This document shows, piece after piece, positions 13,139 through 26,402 of a stretch of DNA of 64,000 nucleotides. This stretch comes from Octopus bimaculoides. Taxonomy: Eukaryota. The stretch spans positions 5,968,519 to 6,032,518 of the forward strand of contig NC_068998.1 of assembly GCF_001194135.2 (NCBI RefSeq), given 5' to 3'. Each line of letters begins with the position of its first letter. The stretch's first letter is position 1. Below the pieces are notes generated by a model. The model did not search any database. It was not told the DNA's origin and saw nothing but the letters and a program-made list of their open reading frames with translations. Position numbers and translations under genes: made by a program.

Positions 13139-15452
13139 ATGTCTTGATACTCATTTTACTATCATTTAGCATCACACTTCCTCTGCACATGCTTCATCTT
13201 TCCTGAGACCCTACTTTTTGCTTAAAGTTTGCCAGAACTTCACACACCACTATAATTTCAATGTGGTTTCATCGAGCACTAATTGTCACTTAGCACAGTA
13301 AATGCCTTGAGTTTTTCCTCATTAAATTCTCTATGTCTTCTGTGTTTAAAGTATTAGCTTCATCTTCGTGTGCATGAGGTTACGTTTCACCTGTGTCTCT
13401 TCATTACTGGCATGGAATGCACAATTCTGATTTATTATCAACTCTCAAACCACAAATCAAGTAAAATCTTTCTCCTGGCATTTATGTCTTCTTGCCTGTG
13501 TTACTAACAAATGATTTCATTTTTGCCAAATAGTCTTTGAGACCTTTTGGTTCTTGATCATTCTTTTAGTTTTGAAAATTTTCGTAAATCTTCAATAGAT
13601 TCTACAATATCCTCTGCATATTAAAGCCCTCAAATTCAGCAAGTCTTACATTCTTGTGTTAATGTCTCGGTGATTATAATGACCATTTCATTGAATTCAT
13701 TATCGATTTTGACTTCCTTTTTTGATATAATACATTTTTGTACATTGTCTTTATTGTAGAACCACTCTTATAGTGATCCACTGACAACAGCAATTCTAGT
13801 GTCTTAAAAATCAAAATTATTTTTAAGTCAGATTTTTTTGTTAACAATAAAGCTAATATTGCTGTTAACTAAAACTTTTGACTGAATTTATGCTTTGTTC
13901 CCCCTCCCCATGTTGTAAGCTTTCTTCTCAAAGACTTTGGTTACATATACCTGATATAAGTACTTGCTTCACAGCAATCTCTTCTAAAACTATTTACAAA
14001 TCAGATTAGTTTAAGTCCATGCACTGCTACGAGCCAACACACTGTCACCTCTCTTTGTACCTAGTTTTGTCGTTTGATCTGATAAATGATTGCTATCAGG
14101 ATATCATTCTACCAATCTCCAGCTAGTTTAACATTTTATCGCTGTCACCCTTCTTTCTATGCAACCAAGTATAATGAAGCAGCAAGAATTGGATGTCTTT
14201 CTTCAAATGGCATGACCTGATTTTTCTGGATGCAAGATAAGGGCCAAAATGAGGGCTGTTCACTGTGCCCCCTCATTATCATTGTTACTACTCTATCTTA
14301 TTATTAAAGGAGAGTAACTGTACTACTTTAGGCATCAACAATAATTTATTTTAAATACCCCACCCCCTGGCAAGTATAGACAAACTACTACTTTTGGAGG
14401 TGTGTCTCAGCAATTTGACCAAGATATATTATGAAGTAAGTTGTCATAACAGGGCAAAAACAAAATATATGCTTTCATATATGTATATATATATATATAT
14501 AAAGCAGGCATCAAACATCAAAGGAATGTATGTAAAGATAAAGCTGTTTCTTGTGAATTTGTTTTATTAAAATTACTACAGTTTAATGCTCCTAATATTG
14601 ATTACAGAGGGCAGGCATCAACTTCAGGTTTTTCTCTTTTACTTTTTCTCTTGCTTATATTTTAAATAGTCCAATCTGATGAGACACAAACAAGGTTATT
14701 GTAACTACATTAATGAAATTCCATTAGTAGGATAGCATCTAAATGTGCTCTGCTAACAATATTTGCTAATTAACATCAATGTGAGACACTGTAGTCGTCT
14801 GGGTTTTGTGTGTGTGTGTGTGAGAGTGTAAACATGAGATGGAGAGAAAAGAGGCTACAGTTTCCGTCTCTCAGTGTGAAATGGTTTAGGTATGTGCATC
14901 ACGTATTTAAGAGTACACATGTAATGCTGCATGCACCATGGTAACTGGATTACTGACTGTAAGGTCAATAGTTCAAATCCAGACATAAATTATTTTTGTT
15001 GCATGCTGATGTCACATATTTCACTGTAACTAAAAATTCCATTTCAACAATTTAACTCTGGTGACATTTTGGCTTTTCTTCTTTTTTGTTGCCTTGATTT
15101 TCTCTCCTATCGTTGATTTCTTCTTCTTTAGGATAACATGTTTACGATTACGGTATTATCTATGTTGTATTAACCACTATATTTTCTTTTATACATCATC
15201 TGTATATTTATGTGTGGTTTCTGTGGAGGAAGAAAACACTTGTCTTTTATTTGACATGTCTTGTAGTAGTAGTAATAGTGAAAATAGTGGATAATGTTGT
15301 GAGATTGGATGCTGTTGTTACTTAGAATTTTTATTCTTAGATAAGAAATTACTGTCAGTAGATTCTTTGTACCATAGTGGCAAAATGTCATTTGGTTGGC
15401 GCTGCATTTGACATCACCTCCTTGCTTTTTGCAGTGTTTACTCTGTTGTGAG

Positions 15453-15826
15453 GAGGCGCAATGGCCCAGTGGTTAGGGCAGCGGACTCGCGGTCATAGGA
15501 TCGCGGTTTCGATTCTCAGACCGGGCGTTGTGAGTGTTTATTGAGCGAAAACACCTAAAGCTCCACAAGGCTCCAGCAGGGGATGGTGGTGAACCCTACT
15601 GTACTCTTCCACCACAACTTTCTCTCACTCTTTCTTCCTGTTTCTGTTGTGCCTGTAGTTCAAAGGGTCAGCCTTGTCACACTGTGTCACGCTGAATATC
15701 CTCGAGAACTACGTGTGTCTGTGGAGTGCTCAGCCACTTGCACGTTAATTTCACAAGCAGGCTGTTCCGTTGATCGGATCAACTGGAACCCTCGTCGTCG
15801 TAAGCGACGGAGTGCCAACAACAACA
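15453..15826 (+). mobile_element. Full-length young tRNA-derived SINE with 13-bp target-site duplication
   Basis: tRNA-like head with A box (tggcccagtggtt) and B box (ggtttcgattc). 3' stem-loop GTCG-taag-CGAC and (AAC)n tail. TSD actctgttgtgag at 15440-15452 and 15827-15839. Confidence 0.9.
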
Positions 15827-16012
15827 ACTCTGTTGTGAGCATTCTTCACTGTATTCTCTGGTTCTTTCCCTGCCCCCAAAATTTCATCCAGTCATTGACT
15901 AACAGATCTTTAGGTTGGACATCAGCTCCATTGGGCTTGCTGGTCATGAGAGAACCTGCTAGTACCATGGGAACTGTTTGTTCTCTAAGTAAAACCTAGT
16001 GGCAATCTAAAG

Positions 16013-16193
16013 CAGTGCTCCACGATGGGTACATCACCACACACTGGTGTACCACAAGATGACGGTTGGTGTGCTGCAGTGTAACCTGAATATGATTTTT
16101 TTTTCCTTATACTTTTAATTATACTTTTTTCAAAATTCAGCATCACACCTGAACTTAAGTGTACCGCAAGCGAAAAAAGGTTGCGAAGCACTG
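16013..16193. mobile_element. hAT (Charlie-type) MITE, 181 bp
   Basis: TIRs CAGTGCTCCACGA and TTGCGAAGCACTG; 8-bp TSD atctaaag (16005-16012) / atttaaag (16194-16201), 7/8 identical. Confidence 0.8.
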
Positions 16194-16959
16194 ATTTAAA
16201 GTGCTAGACCAACTCTTTCTATATACATGTTTATTCTTGTAACCCAGGCGAAATGATGATGTCATACAGTAATAGAAATTGAAACCACTATACATCACAA
16301 TAACATATTTATGCCATCAAGTCTGCTGTTTTCCTTTTTTTTTTTGTTTTGTTAGTTTAATTTTTCAACTATGTTTAGTTCCAATGACCTGTCCAGTTAG
16401 AATTGCCATTTTACTGAACTAAGCTGATGAAACCTGCATTGCAACATCCATGTGAAGTGTTTTTACCAATGAGTACTTTTCCTACTACCAACCACAATAT
16501 TTGGACATTGCTGCAAACTAGCAAGCAGCTGCTGCAATATTGCAAGGAAATATGTGTGCACTTGAATATGGCCTACTTATAAAGCTAATATTTTCATTGT
16601 ATGACTTTATTTTAAGCTGCACTTATGTTATTGCATAAGGAAACTAAACATTATTAGTCACAATGAGTTGTTTTTTAATAATTGTAGAATCTTTGCTTGG
16701 ACTTTTTCGTTGTTTGCTTAACTCTAAATAAAACTTGATTTGAGCAGACCTATGATCAGTTGTTCTTGCAGGGACCACCTTCACTTTTTGTTTTACATGC
16801 ATAAATGTATCTAAGAATACATTATGTAATGTTGCCTTCTCTCTTTTAAAGTTGTTAGATATAATATGACTGCTATTTCTAACACAACAAGCAACTATTA
16901 AATTTTTTTAACTAGTTTGTCATTTCAGAGGTTTTTAATCAGTTACATTGACTCCATAC

Positions 16960-17180
16960 CAATCCCGCCCACCATATGCATTTCAGTTGGGGGATTATGC
17001 AACTGAGGAAGGGTCCTACCTGTGCAGTGGGTTTTCAGAGGACTGTGTCACGAGACCAGATGGGATTTTCTGTATGTGGTGCCATGTCAGAATCATGACA
17101 CACTGGAAGAATGCATACGTCACTCGAATCTTCCAGGAGCCACAGTTTTCAGCGATTTGTGGAGGGTGTACAAACTTTAA
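16960..17180 (+). mobile_element. Merlin (IS1016/IS1595-related) DDE transposase relic
   Basis: Frame from 17007 reads GRVLPVQWVFRGLCHETRWDFLYVVPCQNHDTLEECIRHSNLPGATVFSDLWRVYKL*. This matches the ISXO2/Merlin pattern RGR...QWVFGG..R.T...FL..V......TL...I....LPG.T..SD.WR.Y. The upstream stop TGA is probably a deaminated CGA. Confidence 0.75.
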
Positions 17181-17309
17181 TTTTTGAAATGCTGGCAATC
17201 AAGCCAAATAGATTTGACTTATAAGCAAGAGTGACTACTAGAATGGCTTCTCTATGAAGAAATCTAGGAACCTGCTCTCGTATGCCATCCATTAGTGGGC
17301 TCTTACTCT

Positions 17310-18150
17310 TGAGAGACTTGGTGAAAACAGTGTTGTCCTTGACACCTGCAAGGTTTTTGACCCTATCTAGAATACAAATCTCACAGCAAAACTACTCATA
17401 TGTTGTTTTCTTCCAGCTCTCATCTCGTTGGGTTTCTAACAATCGTACTTACACAACATGTGCTAATGGCGCTTTGTCTGACCCCTCTTCTGGTGTATCA
17501 TCAACTTGCAGTCTAAACCCCTCTCGTTGAATCTGTACTGACTACATGAATACATCCTCCAGAAGTAGGGCAGATACTAATCTTGACCTCCTCAACAGAA
17601 CTAAGACATAATTTCTACAGATCTCAAGAAAGCCTCATTGTTCTTCCCTCTGAAAAATATCAACAGCATACAACTAACACTTCCAAGGTCACAACAAATT
17701 TGAGGCCTTGCAATTACTAAGCATCTCTCTCTTGACAAACACATATCAGCAGCTTTACAAAGTCTGCATCTTAGACACAGCTCTTGTTCTTCAAAACCAG
17801 AAAATTTTTCATCCAGCAACTAGTAACTTTATGATGCTTGGGCAAGACCTATTGTAAAATATTGCTTGAATGTCCATGACATTACTGCTGCTATACACAT
17901 GCATAATCCATGATAGCTGGGAAAGAAAAACCACTTCACTGTTGGCATAAAGTCACGAAAATACTTTCCAGCAGACATGCTGTCTCCATTCTCTGCCTTT
18001 TCTACTGCTACTACAGAGACTTATTCTCTTTGGAGCTGACTGGTCCTGTACCATTTCCACTTGGGCACTCCTGATCTCACTCATCTCACTCGACTAATGT
18101 TGCCCGTTCGCCCACTTGGACGCCCTGCAGTAATTTCTATGCCCACTCCC
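17310..18150 (+). mobile_element. Decayed CR1/L2-group non-LTR retrotransposon, RT and C-terminal part
   Basis: Frameshifted segments resembling LD..K.FD (VVLDTCKVFD), NRTYTTCANGALSD (cf. R...V..NG..S) and LYDAWARPIVKYCLNV (cf. LYK..VRP.LEYC..VW). Confidence 0.6.
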
Positions 18151-18559
18151 CCCCAAAACATTGCTTCTCTGGAATTTCTTTCTATTGTCATTGACTTATA
18201 AATATCCAAGAAGAGTTTTAATGGTGTTAATATCCAATCACTCTCAAGGGCTATGGGCACAAATTTTTCTTTCAAACCAACCCAGTAAATGAAAAATAAT
18301 AATAATAATAATGTAGTTATTTTCTTTTGGTATTTTATAAGAATGTATGCCAATCTCTTTGATATTTGGTCTGATTCTTCATTAGATTGTAGCATACCAT
18401 CTGTTTACTCTAGGTGATTATTTTTCTAATGTAAAATTGGTTCTGCTTCAACTTGAGTTTAAAAAATTGTATTTATTTATTTAAACATTGAAGTCAGCTC
18501 CATCAAATCTAATCTGTAAACTCTTATTTTGTGATGTTTTCGACATAATGATCATCTGT

Positions 18560-18638
<79 letters not shown>

Positions 18639-19821
18639 TTTGTTCCTCTCCCCCACATTTCATACATGTGAATTAGGTTTTTGTTCTATGACTTTTAATT
18701 ACTAAAGTTAATACAAAATTAGATACATAAATATGAGTTTTTTTTTTTCTTTCTTTGTTATTTTTTTTTGGTCAAAAGACATCATTATATACCAGTGTGA
18801 AACTATTTTAAAACTCAATTTATTCATTTTTAACAAAGTTATTGTTAGAAGTCTGTTTACAGCAACAATTCCCCATGTTAAGTCACTTTTCTATAGGCTT
18901 ATTTCATTTGCATTTATTTTTTTTTTAAATAACTACTTTTGTCTTTTCATTTAGTTTTTTTTTTTCTTCTTCTCAAAATAATTTCAGTCATATGATTGCA
19001 AAAGCGTTAGTTAAAAAAGACTGAATGGATTACAGAGCTTTTATTTGACATTTGACGTTTCATTTTGTAACATAATGTTATGATTTGAAAGAAGGAAAGA
19101 AAGAAAAAAATAGCAGTTCTATGAGCAATTGTTAATCTTTTGTCCATGTTAAGTATCAAGTGATTGTTTCTGGTCAGGATTGCTCCATTCTTCATGTTCT
19201 CTTCTCTCTGTTCATCTTTCTCTCTCTCTCTCTCTTCTTCTTTTGACACCAACCGTTCATATCAATCACAAAGCTCATTCGTTACCTGACCAAAATAACA
19301 TCCTTGTCGAAGAATATTTCAGTGTTCGTAAACTGCCAACTGGAAAAACTAAATCTTGTTATCGTTCCATCTAATTATCACATTTGGATTTTTGCTATCA
19401 GGAATGGAATTCTTCTGTAAATCAGATTCTTAAATGGATGTTGTGAATATTTAATCTCTTTCTTTCTCTTGTTTTTTTTCTTCTTCTTCACATTTTCATT
19501 TGAAAAGATTTTAAACTTTTGTTCTTGTTTTTCATCTATTTATCTTATTTCTCCTGTATTGATCGATACTATTTGTTATCTTGCTTGTTATATTTCCTGC
19601 TGTGTTGTTGCTGTTAAGGATAATATATACCCACTGATGTCCTGGTTTGAGGTCATTTCATTCTCAAAGCAAGTATATCATCTTAATAACATCTGCTCTG
19701 TTATGTTTTAATGTTACAAACGAATCTGTGTATATTTGTTTCTACAATGTCTTAATTTGTAATTATTGTTATGTTCAATAACTTATGTACATAAGTGCTT
19801 ACATAACATAATTAAAACCAT

Positions 19822-19862
<41 letters not shown>

Positions 19863-21751
19863 CATATTAGTTACATGAAGTGGAATAAGTAGTACGTAAT
19901 AATACAAAAGTGACGAACAACAAAATATTTGGTGCTGAAAATTAAATTACTCATTTTGCTGTCTGGTCAAATGTTCTAACTATTGAACCACAAACACACA
20001 TAGCCAAATTCTTCTTTTAGTTTGGAATACATGTGTGTGTGTGTCTTGTGCATACAGTTAGATGTAATACTGCTACTGATCTTGTAACGTTATGCAATAA
20101 AATGTTTCCCCTGATGAACTGCTCTGGTTCAGTATCCAGTTGCACTTGAGACATCCAGTGCAAAGGTTGAAAATAATTGCAGTGGTGAAATGTATGTTGG
20201 CAACAAATGATATAAAATTGTGTTTATCATAATTATTAAACTTTCACCTCAACATGGATTGACTGTTGATTTCATATAGAACTTTCTTAGCAATTTAGCT
20301 TGGGCTAACCTAGTAAACTATCCTAATGTGGATTGATGTATAAATAAAAATTGACCCTAAGATCCATATAATCAATACATAGGGGTTATTGATTTGATTT
20401 TTGCCAGCAGCTTCATATTTAATTTTGATTTGTTTGCAAATAAATACCGTTTAAAATGTGTATCAATTGACATTGCTGTGTGCTTCTTAAGAAGTTTGCT
20501 GTACGACAATGTGGTTCCAGGTTCAGTCCCATTTCATGGCACCTTGGGCAAAGATCTTCTGCTATTGCTTTTGTCTGAGGAATACATTGTTTGTGAATTT
20601 GGTAGAGCAAACTGAATTGAGCCCCCCCCCCCATATATATGCATGAATGTTTACATTTTGTTTGTTACTGCATAAGAAGTGGTGCTGATGTTGACATTCC
20701 TTGTTGACTTGATGACTGGTGGTTGCTCTGTGTTTTTGCAAACCTGTGGAATATAAAAATTCCTTTCTTGGAAAGTAGGTTGGCAACACGAACAACATCT
20801 TGCCTCAAAATCAATTTCCTTCCAAACCATGCCAGCATGGAAAAATAGATGTTGATCAAATAAACAGAATATAATGAGTGAGTGGAGAAATGAAAGAAAG
20901 GGGCACTCAACACATTTAGTGGGGGTTAAATATATTATTACTTTAAACAGCTTGATTTGACCACACGTAACTTAGTTTTATAGATTCCTCACAGGAACCT
21001 ATCTTATCAGGCCCAGGCAGCTGAATAGCCATTTGGCCATCTGAGCCCCGTGAGCTAGCTCCTTGTGACAAGTAATGTGTGTGTGCATGTGCACATTACT
21101 TGTCAGAGGGACCTAGCTCTTAGAGAATGCATATTGGGAAATATGCGATGGATATATTTTAATGGAAAGGTTTGGTGCTGGTGTTAATAGAATATTTGTT
21201 TAGTTGAATGAAGACAAACCGAGTGCTGCTACTATGATGTTTAAAAAAAAAAAAAGAAGTTCCCTCCCCTCAGCAAAATTCCAGATGCATGGTTGGATTC
21301 TTGTGTAGGTGTTTAGTTGCTAGTTTTTCCTTTCAAGTGTTTGATTACAGACATATATTATTTAATATTGTTTGTAGAAGGAAAATAACATTCTTAGTTT
21401 ATTAATTGCAATGTATGAAGTATGTTTTAATCATTTTTTTTTTTTCATTGGCTGGAATTCTGCTGTGCCAAAAGTAGCTAACAGTAATTAAACTTACAAC
21501 ATGCTATAAAACAGGTGTATTTTTTTTCTTAATTGCTCTTAATTTAATTAAGATGTCTATGTATGTACAGTGTTAAGTTTATAATTCTTAATATGATGGA
21601 GGTTTTAGACACAAACACTCGTAAGCATAATTAAATGCTTTAATGTGAGTAGTTTGGTGTTCATATTGTCAGCTGTTTTATCTTTTTATTCATTCAAATT
21701 AAATAAGATAATTTAGTAAATTAAGTCCCTTTAAAGAAAGATACTTATTTG

Positions 21752-22100
21752 TCCAACGTGGCTATGTGGTAAGAAGCTTGCTTCCCGACCACATAGTTCT
21801 GGGTTCAGTCTGACTGCATGATACTTTGGACAAGTGTCTTCTATAGCCTCAGGGCCAACTAAAGTCTTGAGAGTGGATTTGGTTGGTAGAAATGTAAGAG
21901 AACTGTTGTATATATATATGTTTGTGTGTGTGTCTGTCTGTCGCCACTTGACAACTGGTGTTGGTGTGTTTATGTTACTGTAACCTAGCAGTTTGGCAAA
22001 AAAGACTGATAGAATAAGTATTAGGGTTGATTTGTTCAACTAACATCATCCTTCAAGGTAGTGCTCCAGCATGGCTGTAGACTGATACAAGTAAAAGAGT
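21752..22100 (+). mobile_element. Full-length copy of the same SINE family as 9637-10044
   Basis: Colinear head, body, microsatellite and tail (gatagaataagta...gtgctccagcatggc...acaagtaaaaga). Confidence 0.8.
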
Positions 22101-23641
22101 TAAAGAAGAAAAATTGTTTCTAGAATGTGCACAAACCTGGAATTTGGGAGTGGAGATGGATTAGTCACTGCCATCAATACCAGTATTATTTGTTAATTGG
22201 TTTTACTCATTGGACTGTGGCCTCACTGAACTGGGGTACCACATACAAGGGTTTAGTTGATCATATCAACCCCAATGCTTATTAAGTCTGGTATTTGTTG
22301 AACCTCTAAGTCATGAGACAAATGTAAACACAAGCATATGCACACGCATACTTGTAGGGATATGAAAACACACATGTATATGCACACACATGCTTGTGAG
22401 AATATGAAAACACAATCACACATGCATGCAGGCTTGTGGGGACATGAACACATATATGAAGGAGTTTTGTCCACTAGTTGTATACCCACTTTCATTCATA
22501 AGGCATTGAACAACTTCAGGTTATAGTAAAAGACATGCCCATAGCGTCACACAGTAGGACTGAACTTGAAACTGTGATTATGAAGCAAACTTCTATCTAT
22601 GCAGTCATTCCTGTATTTATTTTATTAATAACAATGATGAAAATTATTTCTAACATACTTGCAAAGCTTCATATTTTGTGGTTGGCTAAAAGGATGAAAA
22701 GCTAAGTGAGGCCCAGTAATAATATTAGTTTAATAATCCTACAGTACCAGTTTTAGTAAGAGTGAAGGGAATGGCAATAATTGGGGCATAGAAATGAATC
22801 ATTATAGGCTGCTGCTGTTCATGATAGTCTCAGAATACAATTTTCTGATTAGACTGAGCTGTAAAGTTAATTTAGATCATGAGTTGGTGCAGCCTTCGCT
22901 GTTGTTTCAACACAGCTTTAATGTCAGAGTTGTACTTTCCTCCATGTACAAATTATCTCCATAAGTTGCTTGTGGAGACATTTATTAATTTGTCTCAAAA
23001 AGACCTCTACAGTAATTAAACTGACTAATTTTACTCTGCTGGCAAAAATTAACTTTTAAGAAAAGTTAGTTTCAACATTAAAAACTGCTCAGTACCGAAT
23101 GGATGCATGTACTTGGCCAGACTTTGTGTAATTATAGCTCTCTTAGAAAAGCAAAACCTTGTTGCTTTCTTTCTTTTTTTTTTTTACTTTTAAATGTCTC
23201 AAAATAATAGTGTTTAACTTTTTATGTTATTTTGTTCTTTTTTGGTTAATTTAAACAAAAGCATGTTTTGTAGTTCTTGCAAAATTAACCGAATTTTCTA
23301 ATGCCAAGATGATTGGGATTGGATTATATTTTGAAGTCTTGTAACTGAATTTGGTCTCAGTTATTTTGTATAATCTTCTAGTCATTTGCATTGGTTTTTC
23401 GGTGCTTTTTGTTTTCCCTTTTGTCATGAAAATATTTACTAAAGACTCTTTCCTGAAAGTATTTTCTACTATACTATATATATATATATATATATATATG
23501 ATGGTGATGATTTTACGTCTGTTTCTCCATTCTTGCTCGGCTTAAATGACTCTTCTCCAGCATATAGTGCCTCACAACCAGTTACATTCTTTTATCATAT
23601 CCAGCATATATAAATCGTTTGTTCAATTTATATCTATATAT

Positions 23642-23781
23642 AGGAAGGGCGTCCAGCTGTAGAAACTCTGCCAGATCAGATTGGAGCCTGGTGCAGCCAT
23701 CCGGTTCACCAGTCCTCAGTCAAATCATCCAACCCATGCTAGCATGGAAAGCGGACGTTAAACGATGATGATGATGATGAT
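23642..23781 (+). mobile_element. Young RTE-type 3' end with (GAT)n tail
   Basis: aggaagggcgtccagctgtagaaactctgccagatcagattggag...acccatgctagcatggaaagcggacgttaaacgatgatgatgatgatga. It shares its first part with the end of the 56449-56957 element, and CpGs are retained. Confidence 0.75.
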
Positions 23782-26352
23782 ATATGGTATTTATTAATAT
23801 TTAGCAGAAGTAAAAGAGTGACTCAAGGTCCAGGTGTTTCATGTGTTGGCACTTTAGGACACACACCATCATTTAATGTCCATTTTCCATACTGGCATAG
23901 GTTGGATGGCTTGACAGACAATGGCAATGCTGTGGGCTACACCTTGTTCTATAGTCTTTTATATATATTTGTATTTTAATATAGTGACATGCTACTACCT
24001 CCTCCCCTTTTACATATGTTATTAAATATATTGAAGTCGAGTATGACTTAATATATTCAATCATCGGACACACTGGTGGTATTTTTGCCATTGTTACTTA
24101 ATCAACAAGTTGTCAAAAAACCCAAGTCTGTGTTGTATTCAGATTGAAGAACTTACACCCCCTCCTAAACCCTTATTCTGAGATAGCTCATGAAAATTCA
24201 GGGCATTAATAATGGTCTCTGGTATAGGCTCAAAACCTGAAATTTTGGGAAAGGGTTTCAGTACTTGACTAGTACTTTATTTCATCAACTGTAGAAGGAA
24301 AAAAAAGTTGACTTCAGTGGGATTTGAACTTGGAACTTAAAATAACTGTAAATACTGCAAGGGTTAATAATTTTGTTAAGAGTAAATCTGAAGTTGTTGT
24401 TTAGCCCCAGGTCAGACTTATCCCAGCAGATCTATGATCAAAGAAGTTTCAGCTATAATAATCAAGGAATGAAACCTACTTTATCTAGAACCACATTATC
24501 TAATTTAATTTTTTAAAATTTTCTCTTTTTAAACACCGTTCAGTATCATTTTTGCTCTACTAGTGACACCGTATACCATCTCATCACAGATTGGAATACA
24601 AGGTGGGTGTGATTAGAAATACTTGCTAAAATAAAACTTCACCATTTTTCTGAAATGCGTTCTCTTCTAAGTCATTGCACCATCAAAATTACTTTTAATT
24701 ATGGATTCCATATTTCATATCTACTGAAAGAAGTTTTATTTACTAAAAGTTTAATGTGATTTCCTCTCTGACATTAGTAAGAAGTACAGCAGTTAATGTC
24801 AATTTGAATTACTTGAAACAGTAAGGTCTTTGTTAGAATATCTGCTCATATTGCTATGCTAATTTTGTATCCTTGTATTCACTATTCTTCTGTAAAATCT
24901 AATTTTACCATCAGTGTTTTCTTTATTCTTCCTTAATACTTTGTTATATAAGTATATATGTTTTTAACTAAGCAAGGTAGTTGATGATTATTTTTAAGAT
25001 TGGTAGATAAATATTAGATTATTAATGCTATTATAGTTTCTTAGCTTCTGAATTATCTGGCTTATCTCTCTCTCTTTCTCTCTATCTTTCTCTCTTTCTT
25101 TCTCTCTCTCTTTTTCTCTCTCTCTCTCTCCTTTACTGCAGCCATTGTGCTCTTTCTTAAGCTGCTACTCCATGTTTCTTTCCCCTTTCTATATGTCTCC
25201 AGTTAAATACTAAACCTTCAACACTTCGAGAAGATTCACTATTAACTGTGCTTATCTCTGGGGCCTGTAGCTAAATGCACTATGTCCTTAGTCTGCTAGA
25301 AATAACAACCAAATCATCCTCAAATCACTCTCTAGCTTTTTAAGACATTTTGTATGTGAGACATTACATTGGACAATGTAATAATTTTTGATGAATTATG
25401 CTTGAAAAAATGGGATGATTACTGTTGGAATGAATTTCTTTGACTGTAAGTCTGCATAGTCAGGACTCACCTGGAACGAAATGACAATGCACACCATCAA
25501 TAATCTATCAATGCTTGTAACTGTCCTTATTGATTGCTAATATATTTAAAGCTTTATTCTTTTATATAAGATTTTGGAGGAGTTAAATAAAATACATTGG
25601 TAACCTTGTATGGATTCCTATAAGGGTTTAGTTTTTGTATTTACACACACATTTATCATGGGTTCATTTGTTAGGACATGATTTGATCCTGGGCTTTTGT
25701 AGTTGTGATGTCCCTTTCTCAAAAAAAAAAAAAAGTGGGGAGGCATCTACCTGTAAAGTTTTTTTTTTTTTTTTTTTTTTTTTTTTCATTTTCATTATTT
25801 GCAGTTTGTATGATCTATCCATCCATCCATTTTCTCCATTTTCTTCCTCGGAGGATAGAGTCCTTGGTCATCTCCTCTATAGGATCCTATCAGAAGAAGC
25901 AGTCATTAAACTTTCTGGCCTGGATTCCCAAGCATAACCAACTGAGATTATAGACATTTTGTAACCATCTTGTTCTTGGTCTATTCCTGGTTGGCTCATG
26001 GAAAAAGGTTCAAAAGAATAACCAATTCATATGGAAATGTTCAAATTTGCAAAATTCAACACAGTATTAATCTTGGGGTGAGCTAGGAATTCCAGAGCAA
26101 ATGTGTTTTATCTGAATAATGTCAGGTGTGCACTTGCGTGAAGGTGGAGATTTCAGGCAATTTTTGAGTTTATAGTCTTTTATGTTTGTTATTCTTAACT
26201 TGATTGGTATGGGACTACAGTAGAAGACACTTGAGGGGCTGCCCCTGAAACCCACATGATTGTGAAGCAAACTACTTAACTACAGAGCCTTATGAATATA
26301 TGAATTAGCAAACCCTTTCAGTTATTGAGAACCCAGAAATTAAGTTAAAGAG

Positions 26353-26402
<50 letters not shown>

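Noticed and set aside
13140-13800. Possible pogo/Tigger transposase remnant on the minus strand (EFEGF, NTEDIENL)
   Set aside because: Too many stops, and the motifs are too short to assign by eye; needs an HMM search.
15453-15530. tRNA-like sequence
   Set aside because: It is the head of a SINE (followed by body, tail and TSD), not a tRNA gene. The same applies to the other tRNA-like heads.
16424-16460. CTGATGA cores here and at 14676 and 20111
   Set aside because: No correctly spaced GAAA or closing stems.
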